Source: Monocercomonoides exilis PA203
Lineage: Eukaryota > Protista > Preaxostyla
NCBI GenBank assembly: GCA_001643675.2
Contig: LSRY02000033.1
Coordinates: forward strand, 806,001-870,000
Reading direction: 5' to 3'
DNA length: 64,000 nucleotides
The position numbers and the translations under genes are program-made. Position 1 is the first letter of the stretch, and every line of letters starts with the position of its first letter. Shown piece by piece: positions 1 to 13,500 of this stretch. The notes below the pieces were generated by a model, which saw only the letters and a program-made list of their open reading frames with translations, had not been told where the DNA came from and ran no database searches.

Positions 1-1826
1 GCAAAGAAAGAGCGATTTGAAGAAGCGAGTACTGGATGATCTGCGGAAGGAGGTGAAGAACGAGCTGAAGACAGTTCAGAACATCAAAAAGAAGAAGGAG
101 ACACAAGAAATGGACTTGGCAGAGATGGAGAAGAGGATAGAAGCACTGCAAATAGTTGAGATACCAGCGAAGGAGAAGGAGATTGAGGCGATCCAGAAGA
201 AGCTGGAGGAAGAGCTGATTCCGCAGAGGGAGAAGAGAAAGAGAGAGAACGAGAGGCTGAAGGAGAAGGAAAAAGAGGTGAAAGGAGTGAAAGAAGAGGT
301 GGAGAGGAGGAAGAGACAGATGAAAGATTTGGAAGAGGAGGAGAGGCAGAGCGAGGTTAGGCTCACACAACTGAGGATTGTGCTGAAGAAGGCGATTGAC
401 GAGGCAAAAGCAGTGAAAAACGAAGTCGATCACAGAAGAAGAAGAAGCCCTTGGCTTTCTCAAATTGAAAGGTGTGATATTATTCACTTTTGATTCCCAT
501 ACTTTCAATGTATTTTTTAATTTGCTCAATCAATTTTTTTTTCATTATGGATTATTATTACTCATATTCATAAATAAATATATTAATATTAATATTTCCC
601 CATTAATTGACCTCTTGTTCTATTTATTTGCAGGCAATTTGATGTTCCAGGGAGCGACTTTGACTTCCGCGAGAGAGAGATGCCAGCGCTGGACGAGATG
701 AAGAAAGAGCTGGTCACAAAACGAGAGGAGCTGAGGCGTCTGTCAGAGAGAGTGAACAAAAAGGGGATTGGAGTGCTGGAGAGGACAGAGAAGGAGTTCA
801 AAGACTTGACAGAGAAGAGGAAGAAAGTGGTGGAAGACAAAGAGAAGATATCGAAGGTGATTGAAGAGCTCGACAAGAAGAAGATAGAAACACTCCACAC
901 AACATGGAAGCAGGTCAACACGTTTGCTTTGCTCTTTTGTTATTATTATCACATTTTCTCATTCAATTTAATGTAAAAATTATTCATTTTTTTTTCCTGT
1001 TTATTTTCACTTCCTTTTTTGTATGCCCCAGTGATTTTGGAGCGATATTTTCAGAGCTTCTGCCAGGAGCCTTTGCGAAACTAGAACCTCCATCACAATG
1101 GAGCGATGATACAGCAACAGCATCTTCATCAACCACACCCAGCGGAAGAGGCGGAGGAGGAGAAGAAGAAGAGAAGATGTTATCTCTGTCTGAAACTGGC
1201 CTTGAAGTCAAAGTGGCGTTTGGCGATGTGTGGAAGGAGTCACTTGCTGAGCTGAGTGGTGGGCAAAGGTATTTTAATTGTATTTATTCTGATTTGTCAT
1301 CATCATCATTTATTTATTTATTTTTATTTGATATAACTAACCTATTTGTTTCAGATCACTTCTTGCATTATCGCTTGTTCTCTCTCTTCTTGTGTTCCAC
1401 CCAGCGCCTCTGTACATTCTGGATGAGATTGATGCTGCACTCGATCTTTCCCACACAGAAAACATTGGAAGGCTGCTCAAGACGAAATTTGGCAAAGAAG
1501 CATCGCTCAAAGCTGGGCGGCCGCCTGCGCAGTTTCTTGTTGTTTCGCTGAAGGAAGGAATGTTTTCGAATGCGAATGTGCTGTTTCAGGTGCGCTTTGT
1601 TGATGGCACTTCAACCGTCACACGGATATCTGACTCAAGCAAAGAAGGAGGAAGAGGAGGAAAGAAAATGATCACTGGCGGGCGTTCAAGTGGATCTGAT
1701 TCGCGACATTCAACAGAAGAGAAACAAAGAGACAAGAAAAAACGCGACCAAGAGGAAGAAGACGAAATTCAATTTGTTGATGATGAGGCCATCTCAGGTC
1801 CAAAGAAAAGACCAAGACTCATCTAA
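1..1826 (+). CDS. SMC2: Condensin subunit SMC2, C-terminal part (5' truncated); exons ~<1-471, 634-921, 1032-1268, 1355-1826
   Basis: Coiled coil followed by WKQVN|[37 protein letters not shown] (ABC signature), [19 protein letters not shown] (Walker B/D-loop) and [19 protein letters not shown]. The GT-AG introns join the exons in frame. Confidence 0.96.
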
Positions 1827-2017
1827 CATTACACTTCTACACTTTTTCACAGTTCGCATTTCACTTTTATGCTTGTATTTTGCGTTTTCTAGTTATATTT
1901 TTGTTGAAGTTTTTTATTTGTTGAATTAATTGAAAGACAATTACAATCGTTTTTTTTTCTTGTTAAACCGTTTAATTAATTTTTGTAGTGGGAAACAGAT
2001 CAATAATTATTCCTTTT

Positions 2018-3793
2018 ATGGATAAAGACGAATCCTTAAATCAAGAAGATATTATTCAATCCGAGCAAAATGAAGAGCTACAAGAAATAGAGGAAGAAGA
2101 GCAACCATCTGAACCCCTCGAAGATCATGATGAAGGAAATGATAATCAAGGGGAGATTTCACAACAACATGAAGATAACGAAGAGCAACTTCAGGAGGAA
2201 CAAGAAGAATTAAATGAAATAGATAATCAAGGAGAAAATGAGGAAATAACCGAGGATAATAATATTTCAGAATATAATGGAAATGAACAGGTGAGTGGAA
2301 ATGAAGAAACTGAAAATACTGAAGTTGTAGAACCTGCTCCGGAAACTGGAGCGACTGACAGTGAAATTTCAGCTTCGGAAAAATCTTTAAATAATTCTCC
2401 TTCAACTTCCAATCCATTAAGAAAATCCATTGAACAAGTTGCAAGCTTAATTCACACACAAAATGATGAATTTATTCAGCAGCAAGCAAATCAAAAGCCT
2501 TCTATTTACGATTCTTCAGCATCATCTTTGTATTATTTCACTCAAAGGGCAATGCCTCCACCAATTAATATTATTAACGAAACAAGATTTCGGCAAATGA
2601 TGAAGCAACCTCTTCGTCCTATTTTTACTATGGATACACTGAGCTGTGCATCGCTCGAAGAAATTTGTGCAAATGTGTTGCAACCAAGCCAAGGAGAGGG
2701 AGATTCATTGCTATCAATGCTGCGTGATCTGAAAATCAGAAAGAGCGAACGTTTGGAGGAATTCAGACGAAGGTCTGAGCAAAGAGAAGAACAAGCCAAA
2801 CAAGAAGCAGAGAAAGAACGGCAAAGAGAAAAAGAAAGGATGAACGAGCGGATGAAGCAATTGGCGAAAGAAAAAGAAGCCGAAGCAAAAGCCAATGTTG
2901 AATCTCCAACCAAAAAGCTCAATCCAGTTATCAATCCACAGCGCCGCTCTCTGACACCTCCAATACGCATTCACGCTCCACAGGGCTCTTCATCTGCGTC
3001 TGGCATATCCAAAAAGCCATTGCCTCCTGTTCGCGATGCCCCGAACAGCGCTGAGTCACGTGGAAGGCCAGGAGTCAGAAGTGTTGGGGCGGTTGGCTCT
3101 TATCGAGGCTATGCTGCTGGCGTCGGAGGAAATCCAAGTGCCAAAAGCGGAGCCAGCAATGCCAGTGGAGCTATGCCAGTTAGGCGGCATCCAGCTTCTG
3201 CCTCGCCTGTTCGCGGTGGAGCAGCAGCAAATCCAAGTAACTTTGCGAATCAGTCAAATGCGGCAGCAGCACAAGCAGGAGGTAAAGGAGGTAAAGGCGA
3301 ACAAACTCGGTTTGGGTTTATCAAATCAAAGGGGAAAAGCGAGGCAGCACCACACACTGGAAAAGGAGCAGATTCGTCAGCGTTTGGGCGGGACAACCTC
3401 GCTCCGCTGAAAGGACCGCTCCCTTCGTCTTCTTCGATGATGTCAAATGTTGGTGTGACAACAGGAAAAGGAGAAATGGCAGTGCCTTTGTCTGCGCTGC
3501 AGTCAGGGGCAATTCCTGTGACAGGCACATTTATGCATCCGTCTGGTGTAAGATATGCTGTTATTCCGATTAGCAGCGGGCCGCCAAGTGGAGAAGGAAG
3601 CAAAGCTGCGCGTGGAGGAGCGAAAGGAGTCGGAAGAGGAGGACCGAGCGCTCCTTTGCCTTCGCAGCAAAGTTCTCATCAAATCACACAAAAAGCACCT
3701 TCTGGACACGCAGCCAGCGGAGCAGCTGCTTCAAAGGTGCAGCCTCAGAGACAAGGCTCATATGCAGCGCAGGCCAGACACAAGAAATCTTAG
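2018..3793 (+). CDS. Hypothetical protein: acidic N-terminus, central coiled coil, basic Gly/Ala/Ser-rich disordered tail
   Basis: Uninterrupted ORF 1988-3793 with first ATG at 2018. Coding-like composition between AT-rich flanks. No recognisable family. Confidence 0.75.
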   Translation: MDKDESLNQEDIIQSEQNEELQEIEEEEQPSEPLEDHDEGNDNQGEISQQHEDNEEQLQEEQEELNEIDNQGENEEITEDNNISEYNGNEQVSGNEETENTEVVEPAPETGATDSEISASEKSLNNSPSTSNPLRKSIEQVASLIHTQNDEFIQQQANQKPSIYDSSASSLYYFTQRAMPPPINIINETRFRQMMKQPLRPIFTMDTLSCASLEEICANVLQPSQGEGDSLLSMLRDLKIRKSERLEEFRRRSEQREEQAKQEAEKERQREKERMNERMKQLAKEKEAEAKANVESPTKKLNPVINPQRRSLTPPIRIHAPQGSSSASGISKKPLPPVRDAPNSAESRGRPGVRSVGAVGSYRGYAAGVGGNPSAKSGASNASGAMPVRRHPASASPVRGGAAANPSNFANQSNAAAAQAGGKGGKGEQTRFGFIKSKGKSEAAPHTGKGADSSAFGRDNLAPLKGPLPSSSSMMSNVGVTTGKGEMAVPLSALQSGAIPVTGTFMHPSGVRYAVIPISSGPPSGEGSKAARGGAKGVGRGGPSAPLPSQQSSHQITQKAPSGHAASGAAASKVQPQRQGSYAAQARHKKS

Positions 3794-4429
3794 CGCCTCT
3801 TCTGTTGAAGGCAATTCCACTTCAAATATTTCATTTCTTTCAATTTTGAATTCTTTTCTTTCGTTTCCGTTTTCCTTATTTTTATATTTTTCATGTTTTC
3901 ATTTAAAAAAGAAAATAGTAATCTTTTGAAATAGCCTTTGCTAACCAGTTTTCTTGTGCATCTTTTCTTCGATTGAATTGAGTTGCTGGATCAAAGAAAA
4001 AGAGGAGTTAGTTGAAAGTGAAACGAAATGTCAAGAAAAAAGGGTTAGTTGTTTTCTCACAAGTACAAATTCGAAAACAACGCACAACAGGACAACAGCA
4101 CAAATGGTTATCAGCTTGGCGACAAAGCTTCACATTCATAAATGAAGAAGTGGAATGACATTGCTTGGCGTATTTGAAAACTAACAAGAAAAGACAGATG
4201 AAATTGACTTAAACAAACCAAATACACATTTTCTCTTTAAAAAAACGGGGGATAAAAAAAGCAACATGAGTATACACAGTCACAAGAATAGATACTTAAT
4301 TCAAATAAATAAAACCAAATCAAATAAAAAGAGTAAGTTTTAATGAAGGATATACAAAACAATGTGCTATTGAATAAATATGTACATATGAGAAAAGGAA
4401 ACATGACCCAAAGATATGAAACAGTCGCA

Positions 4430-6586
4430 TCATATACACATTTTTATGTCTGAATGAAAGAAAGATTGATTCTGGGGCTGATTTTCTTTAAGCCACGTGA
4501 ACAGCCATTAACTTTTGGCATTCCTCCTAAAGAGTATATAGCAGGAAAAGAATCAATATATGCATATATCATGATTAGAAATAAGTGTATATGCGAATAA
4601 GACAGAATATCCGATTGCAAAAATAATCAATCAATAATATGAAAAGAACAAACCCAATTTCAACAAGAACGATCTTCCCTGATCTTTCATTGCCTTCTCA
4701 AAGAGTGGAATGTTCTGCACAATACCCTCGGCATCGATATCTGAATCAGTCGAGTGGATGTCCAGCTCACTAATAATCGGACACCCATCAACCAGATAGC
4801 GCAGGGCGTTGTTCGACAGACGTATTTTCCCAATGAGAAGGGTCTCTAATGAATGGCAGCCATATTCGCGTGTGGGAGTGAAGCCATGTGGAGTCACCTG
4901 AGACGTGGGGGGGGCAAACATGCTGTGCGACCCAGTGGGTGAAGAGGAGGAGTCAGGCGTGGCAGAAGAAGGGGTGGTGGAGGAAGAGGCAGAGGCAGAG
5001 GAAGAAGAGGAAGATGAGGCAGAGGCGGATGAAGGAACAGAAGAGGAAGAAGCTTGCATTGGAGAGGAAGATGCAATGCCTCCAGCACCAACAGTTGTGG
5101 GAGGCAGAATTTTGGGGCCAGAGCTGAGGATTGGAGAGGAGATGTGTGGTGGTGTTCGGATGGGAGAAGGCGATTTGGTCTATTTGGAATAGAAACGAAT
5201 GAAAGCATAAAATAAATGAAAGTTAAAACACAATTTAAATCAATAAAATATATCAACATTTAACTTTTAAAAGATAAATTCATTCAGAAGGCCTTCACTT
5301 TTTCGTATTTCTTTTTGTCTGCTTGCAAACCTTTGAAAGTGTTTTTGGTGCAGTTCTTGCCAAAGTAGTTGTTTTCGCCTTGGTTTTAGGTGATGTGGAA
5401 ACAGGAACTCCTTCAACCTTCGCAAAGAGCAGCTGATACGCTCTATCTTCTTTTGGATCATCAACTTTCAGTCCAGCCAAGAACTTGCATGCAGTGTCAG
5501 TCAACCTTTCGCATCCTGTCACATCTAAATACTTCAAGTGCCTGCATTGACGGGCGATACATGAAATCCCTCCATTTGATATCGACTTGCAGTTCCACAC
5601 GATGAGCGTTTCCAATCCTGGGCAGCTCAAAGCAACTGCAGCCATTGAAATGTCCGTCAATTGAACTGAAGAACATTCAATAAGCAAATCATTGTAATTA
5701 AAGCAAAAACGTTAACCATAAAGATATATCAATACAATTATGAAAAATAAAATTGCGACAAATAACAGTTGCTGATATTTTATGAAAGAAAATGAATGCT
5801 AAACAAACTGCATCCTGTCAAATCAAGTTTTGTTAAAACAGCTGAATAAGTTGGTGCAAGTGAATGGAAAAGATAGATTGTCATTTTATCAGAAAAATCC
5901 AAGCAATTTGCAAATGACATGGATGTGGCTAGAAATACAGATGGCCTCTTTGGATCGCGAGCAAATGGTGCACTTTTCTTTGGATAAATTAAATTTGGAC
6001 ATCGTTTTGCTTCCAATTTCAAACGAGCAGGAACCGTTCGTGTAGATGAGACTGGAGTTGCAGCAATTGTCGTCAAAAACATTTCTGTAATTGGCGTATC
6101 AGAAAAATCAAAAGACTCCAATTTTGTTTGTGAAGTAAAGATGGGGCGAAATGACATAGAAAGTTCATCGGTTATACGACAACCGACAAATGAAATGTGC
6201 TTTAAGGATGGGATGTGCATTGTAAGAATATGAAGAGCCGAATTTGTTACGCTTGTATAGCTCATATCAATCGATTCAAGTTGTTTCCACTTTGGTGCAA
6301 ATTTTGCTATTGAATTCAAAATGAAGAAAATTTTAAACAATCAAATTCAAACGTATATGAAAAATAGTAGAATTTGAATGGATTATATCTTAAAAATAAT
6401 TTGTTTTTCTTTTTGCAAACTAAGATAATCATCATTTAACTTTGTTCGTGAGAAATTAAAACTCACAAATTTTTCACGTGCAATTGTCTTTGCCAATTTG
6501 GAGATTAAACACATTTTTAAATATAGCTGGTGATCACTTAAATGAGATGCCAGTATTTCAAGTACATTGTAGAATTGTTCTGCCAT
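4430..6586 (-). CDS. F-box/leucine-rich-repeat (FBXL/AMN1-type) protein; exons ~6586-6421, 6306-5809, 5665-5331, 5179-4654, ~4526-4430
   Basis: F-box-like LEILASHLSDHQLYLKMCLISK, then cysteine-containing LRRs (CPGLETLIVWNCKSISNGGI, CRHLKYLDVTGCERLTD, GCPIISELDI). Introns restore the frame. The start codon is uncertain (6586, 6640 or nearby). Confidence 0.8.
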
Positions 6587-6683
6587 CTTTTCCGCAAAAT
6601 GGGTGCAAAAGTTGATCATTGCCATAAATAAATATCCCATTTTGATTTTGGGATTTTTAAGATCGAATATCTTTTTCAACAAC

Positions 6684-7140
6684 ATGCCTTGCCGTCTTCA
6701 CGTCCCTGGAAAAATTCTTGGTTTCAGAAGGTTTGCTATTTATTATTTTTTTCATAGTGTTTGGAATTCATGAATTTCTTTTCTTTTATCATTGTACAGA
6801 GGAAAACATACACAACATCCTAACATTTCCCTGTTGGAAATTCAAGGATGCACATCCACTCATGGAGCTCGCTACTATCTTGGAAAAACCGTGTACTATA
6901 TTTACAAAGTGAAAAAAGTATGCAAATGAAATAACAGTTGTTAAAATATTCAATATTCTTTTGACCAACTTTTTGTATATTTAATAGTGCAAGTCAAACA
7001 AAAAAGGCATTAAAGTCATAAGAGGAAAAGTTGTTAAAACTCACGGAAACAGCGGCGTTGTTCGTGCACGCTTCACACACAACATTCCACCAAAAGCTTT
7101 TGGTGCATCCGTTCGTGTGATGCTTTATCCACAACACTAA
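6684..7140 (+). CDS. RPL35A: 60S ribosomal protein L35a (eL33); exons 6684-6730, 6800-6917, 6988-7140
   Basis: Hand-spliced product [32 protein letters not shown]...[13 protein letters not shown]...[49 protein letters not shown] and VRVMLYP are eL33 hallmarks. Not called in the ORF track. Confidence 0.97.
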
Positions 7141-7571
7141 ATGTTTTCAAAATTACTTTAAGTGAAAACTTTTAACAAACACTTTTTTACACGTTCCAGG
7201 GAAAACAGATTAGCATACATAAATACTTTTATGTTTTTAATTTTTATTTCTCTTGCTTTTGATGGAAAAAAGTTAAAAAAAACATAATCTCGTATTTGCA
7301 GTTCGAAAAAAATTCGTTTAGGATCGGCTTATTATTATTAATTGAGAAGAAATATTGAAATAAATCCATATTCGAGACAACATGGATGCAAAATATATCT
7401 TTGGATAATTTACGTTCTTTCAAAATAATGTTGTTTTCATAAGACTTATTGCTTAATAAATACTAAAATTATGAGAGAGTTTACAAGAATTAATGACTAT
7501 TAATTCAATTGAAGTTGCGATAGATCTGATATATATTTTTTAACTGATAGAAACTCAAAGCTGGCTGTTTC

Positions 7572-10500
7572 ATGGCCTCTACGTCAAGTGAGAGGTCAAA
7601 TCTTTTTTCAGGCAGTGGCTTCGATGGATCTATTATTATGAAATTCAATCCAATGGACCAAACGTACACTTTATTTTATATCGACTTTTTTCTTCAATAT
7701 TTATATTTTATTTCTTTCTGCTCTTCTAGGCTATTTACATGGATGTTTGGAATTTCAAAAGTTTGCATTTTTATCTATCTATCTATTTTATTTTTATTTT
7801 TTTTATCGTAACGAACATTTCCTTTGAATTACGAAAAATGATTTTTTTTCTAAAACATGATTTTCTCTTCAATTATTTGAAGATGCGAGACACTAATTTC
7901 ATATACGAGTGGTTTTGCATTTTATATGAATTTATTCTTGTGGTTGGACTCTGCTTTCAAAATATTATCTGGCCAATTGCGGAACCACAACAACTTAACG
8001 ATTTTGCAAGATATGCTACGATATGGGGTGTAATTAAGGGAAATCCTTGGCACACTTACTTGTCATTCAGCGCCACATATTTGGCCGTTGTTTTTATGTT
8101 TTTTGTTTCAATTATCTTGGCTTTTTTCACTGCGAAAAAAAAAGCTATGAATGAATCAGTTCGATCATCACTTCGATATTGTGTCATCACATTAGGGCAA
8201 CCCCTTTACGTTCAAATGCTGACCGTTCTCTCATCTCCTCTAATGTGCACTTCAGACAACTCACTGTACAATTTTCGCAATATTGTGTGCTTTGGGGGCT
8301 ATCATACAATAGCTTTTACCTTTTCTGTGATTGGAGTTTTGAGCTATTGCGCGCACAGCATTTTGCTCAGCCTGTTTACGTTTTGTCCTGTTATGAAGCA
8401 CAAAGGCAACTTTGCATTGCATTCTGGAACATTTCCCTTTTTGTTTCGCTGTGAAATAACAGTCATGACTTTTCTGTGCGCAGTCTTTCCCGATACACAT
8501 TTGGCGCAAGCTCTTTGTGCCTTTCTCGGATTTCTTCTTCTAGCACTTATTTGTGTCATCCACCAGCCATATTACACGCTCGTCGGGAACTGCACATGGA
8601 GCGTCATATGCACCGTCCTCGCCTCTATTGGGCTTTTCTCAGTGATTGCTGCCTGCAACTGCGATCTCCACCAGCCGACATCTGCCTTATCCACCGCGTC
8701 TCCTTACTCGTCCACGATTGCAGCGGGCGGGGCGAGAGCAGGCTTCTGGATCGGGTTCTTTGTGCTGACGATTGGCGGTGGGGTGGGTGCAGGGCTGGTC
8801 AGCTGGAAACTGGGGAGGCACCGGTGGGCAGTGGACGAGTCGCAGGTGATCCCCATTGTGGGCAAAAAGAGGAGCAAGAAGAAAGGCAAAGGGTATCTGA
8901 GCAACGGGACAGATGCTGCTGAGGACGAAGTGGAGCTGTCGCGCAAGAGCGACGGCCTGTTTGCGACTCAGCATCTTTCACTCCACCGAAAAGAAAGTGC
9001 CAACCGCAGCAGCCAAGCTGCCCCTCAGAAGAGGCTGCTGCTCAACTCCCACTCCACAGACATCGCACTCATGTCACCCACATCGCCTGCCCCATACACA
9101 ACACCCGATTCCCTCGCACTGCGCTCTCTTCCTCAGTCATTTCGTATGGCCTCTTCAAACAACCTCGTCCAATTCATTTCACCTCCTTCGTCTCCTCCTC
9201 TTTCTCCCTCTCAAGCATTTCCCGCATCTTCACTTCGCTCACTTCACGCAGCCCATTCTTCCTCTCTTCTGATGCAGAAGCCGTCACCAACACCCACCTC
9301 ACCCACATCACCATCCACCTCATCACACAACACAGCCCCTCGCTATCTCTCCAAATACTCCTCTCCCTCAGACGTCGAGCCTGCCACACGCTTTCTCCAA
9401 GTGCCTTCCATCAGAAGAAACGAAGAAGTCGTCACTTTTGTGGACGACTTGTACACTTTCTATGAAAGGCAGTTCCCTTCTGACCCGTCTCTTCTCCTGC
9501 AACATGCCATCTTCTGCCGTTCTTTCACGCATAACAACACAAAAGCCCTCGAGCTGATCAAGCGAGCCAGCAAGCTCTTCCCCTTTCTGATGGACAAGTG
9601 GCTCATCTTTTCACAGGGAGGCGAGGTGCAGCAGCTGCTGGCAGACGAAGGGAACGGGCAAGCACTGATGCTCGGCAGCGAGGCAGGGTTCCAACAGACG
9701 CTGCAGGAAGCGAAGCTTGAGTATGACAGAGCGATGGCATCAGTCATCTTCATGTGGAGGCAGCTGACGAAGGCTACAGCATCATCCATGGTGGACGTGG
9801 AGAAGGTGCACCATTATGCTGTGATGGGTGTGAAGCATGCACAGAAGTGCCAGGACATGCTGGTGAAGGCGCTGAAGGGCCATCTCGATTCTTCTCTTGT
9901 GCTGAGGCTGTATGGCTCTCTGCTGCTGAATGTGTTCAGAGATGTAGAGTCTGCGCAGCTGCTGTTTGACGAGGCAGACATCGTCGAAGAGAACACAGCG
10001 CTGCTTGCAGCGAAGATGGAAGAGGAAGGGCTGAACGAGGAAGAAGAGGAGGAGGCACTCCACAGAGACATCATTGAGAGAGAGAAGAAGCAGTGGATTC
10101 AGCAGAAAGAGAGAGCCAGGAAGAGGAAAGCAGAGGCGGAAGGGTTGGAATACAGGCCGATGGGAAAGGAGGAGCTGGCGGCGGAGGAAAAGCGGTTCTT
10201 TCTGTCGCGAAGGCTGATGCGTAACAGAAGCAGGATGTCTGGTTATCATATGCTCCCTGAATGGCCACTCGTCAGACGCCAAAGCACGATGATGAGTCAC
10301 ATGGCAAACAGAGACGGAGATAAAGAGAAGGAAAAAGAGAGAGAAAGGGAAAGAGAGAGAAGAAAGAAGGCATTCCGTGATGAAGCAGAAGGGATAGCGT
10401 CCAGTGCGAGTGATGAGGCATTTGGGATGCTGAGCAGCAGAAGTCGGAGTGGGACGAGTCTGTTTGGCGGACGAAGAGAGCTGTCGATGAGAGACTTGGC

Positions 10501-13500
10501 ACAGGCAGATTCGCCGTATCGCCCGGCCTTCACGCCGAAGAGCCCTCTCTTTGTGCAGATGAAGTCGATGGCACCGATGTCGCCAATGGGGATGCCAGCA
10601 GGAGGGATGGGGTGGATGCAGGAGGAGAGAGAGGATGAAGGGATTGATGAAGGATTGTCAGAGGCGAGTGAAGATGCTGACAAGGCGAAGAAGAAGACGC
10701 GCCCACAGAAAAGTGCAGAGATGCTGCTGCGGTCGGTGAAGTCGCTGCGGAATGTGCAGCATCCGACGCTGTTCAGAGTGCTGATTGTGATTCTTGTGGT
10801 GGCGACGCTTGTGCTGCTCTCCATCTGCTTTGGAGTGACACTGAAGCAGGCATCGAACACTTCCCATTCAATCACCAACATCAACGACATGGGGTTCATT
10901 GCCTTCCACGTGAACTCCCTTGCCATTGCTGCGCATGACCTGCTCGAATACACACTGCACCCAGACATCTCCAACAGCACCGCCTACATCCAAACACTAC
11001 CACAGGTGAAGGAGCACATGAAGACAGCTGCCTCTGCCATCAACTTCTATCTGAAGTCAGCCTACGATGAGACACCGCTCGAGTTCGACTTGTGGTCGGA
11101 GCCTGTCTTTGTGGACTGGCAGCCCATCCGCTACCAGAACTCGTCGAAGCACCAGGTGTACCGGCGGATGATGGGCCTGCTGGACATCCTCGGCCGCATC
11201 GCTGACTGCGCACACACCTCGCACGACAGAGGCATCCTCCCCAATTACGATCTCCAGCAGCCCCTCGTGTCCATCCTGCTGAATGCGCCGGTCGCCATCA
11301 CAGAGGCGCTGAAGCACGCGATGCTGGCGATTGTGCGGGAGGAGGAGGTGAGCAACGTGACGACGCTGATTGTGACGGTGATTCTGTGTGGTGCAGACAT
11401 TGTCATCTGCATCGTCATTGTCATCATCGCCATCTTCAACATGGCACAAAGAGTGAAAGTGCAGAGGAGCAGAAACATGTTCAAGCTTTGCAGTTTGCCA
11501 ACGGAGGACTCGATGCAGCTGCTGAATGCAGTTGTGGAGGCGAAACGGCAGGAGGAAGGGCTCGACGACGAGAACGAGGAGCTGCTGGAGAAGGAAAAAA
11601 TAGACAACTTCCACAGGCTCACGTCGCTCCACCGCACGAAGACGATTGTGGAGGAGGTGGAGACAGAAGACGGACAACCGAAACAGCCTTCGGGTGAAGA
11701 GTCGCTTGTGCCAAACAACGAGGCAAAAGCAGACACTCAAAACAGCAACAAGGAGACAGGCCCGCAACATTCTGATTCGAAGGACAAAAGCAAAAACAAA
11801 AACAAAGAGGAAATCAAAATGGAAGGTGTAGGCGAAGATGACTACGATGAGCGGCAGACGCAGGTCTCTCTGCAGAAGCACTCGACAGTTTATTCGTCGA
11901 ATTCACGGTCGTCGCGGATGAAGCAATCGAGTGAGCACCCGAGTGGCTCTGGGCGATCAACAACACGCACAGGCTCTTCTCTGAACTCAGTGACAGTCTC
12001 TCCACTCAACATCGAAGACAACAATGCTGGTCTCAACAGACACTACACTTCTCTCTTTCCTTCTGCTTCGAACACATCCATCAACTCTGCACTGAAGGCA
12101 GCAGCAGCTCAAGCAGCTGATGGAGGAAATGGAAGCAGAGAGAATGGCGATGTGTATGACGAGGAGTCTGAGCCACTGGGATTCACACCCAACAGCTCAA
12201 AGGGCACATTCGACCAGATGAGCAACACGCAAGCACAACCAGCTGAACAAGGACAGACATCCACTCAGCTCTTCATCCACCCGCCGCAGCAGGCGATGCC
12301 TGTGGACCAGCCGCTGCCTCAGTTTTCGCTGCAGAACATGACACTGACGATGCCTGATGGGACAGTGCAACCTTTGCTCATCTCGTTAGACGATGCGCAG
12401 TTCTTCCTGCTGATGCCACCTCTTCAGAGGCAGACGTTTCTCCAACAGCAGCAGATGATGCTGGCTATTCAGCAGGCGCAGTATTTTCAGGAATTCCAGA
12501 TGCTCTCACCGGAACAGCAGCAGCAGATTGAGCCTTTTATTGTGCAGGACATGGAACTGAAGCAAATTCAGTTTGCACAGCTCGCTCAACTTCACCAGAT
12601 AATCGTCATGCAACAGCAGATGCTGCAGATGAGAATGCAACAACCACAACAACAGCAACAACAACAGATGAATGCAAATGATCAGAATGGCAAAGATGGG
12701 AGTGGAGCAGGCAATGCTCACCGGGCGAATGGGAGTGGCACATGGAGATCGGCTGCCAATGGGCAAGAAGGCTCAATTAGGAGTGCAGTTCCTGATGTGG
12801 CCAGGCCGTTTGGAGAAGGTGCGAATGGAAGAGGGCAGTGGAATGGGAAGCACCGCGATGACTTGGCGAGGCAGCTGGAGGAAGAGGACAAGATGGAGGA
12901 TCTGTCGTATCTGAAGGACAAATGCAAGCACATCGACAACATCATCCCCACACGCTTCACAGTCTGCGCTGGCTTTGGCATCATTGTGTGTGTGCTGATG
13001 ACATCGATGGTGATCATCAGCCTGATTGTTGCTGTGTTCTCACTGCAGGGCTTCTCTAACCTCGCCATCTTTGCAACGTTGCGCTCTTCACTTGTGATGC
13101 AGCTGGGACTGCTGGCACAGATGCTTGTCTTCAACGACGCACCTGATCTGTCTGTTGGTTCTTCAAATGGAGCGATGCTTTTTGAGTCATCAAGTGCGTG
13201 TGATGATCAACATGGTTCTCTTTCTCGTTCATCATCAACTTCTTATTCGTCTTCTCTGTTGCAGGAGGATGGTAATTCTATTTCTTCACCTCCTTCTTTT
13301 GGTGATATTTCCTCTAATAACACTTCATCGTTACCTTCCTCTTTGACGTGCATGCACCCAAACAACAAAACACCTCATGCCATTTCTGACTTCTCCTTTC
13401 CGCGTCCATCCAATTTGCACTCGCACAGCCTCTCTTCTTCTTCTTCTCGCCTGCTCTCCTCCACCGATCTTTCTCCATCCATCCCCATCGCATCCAACCC

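Noticed and set aside
6683-6686. Apparent overlapping start codons (CATG) of ORF 6383-6685(-) and RPL35A(+)
   Set aside because: The minus-strand ATG is probably a chance upstream in-frame Met. F-box-like sequence begins only near 6586.
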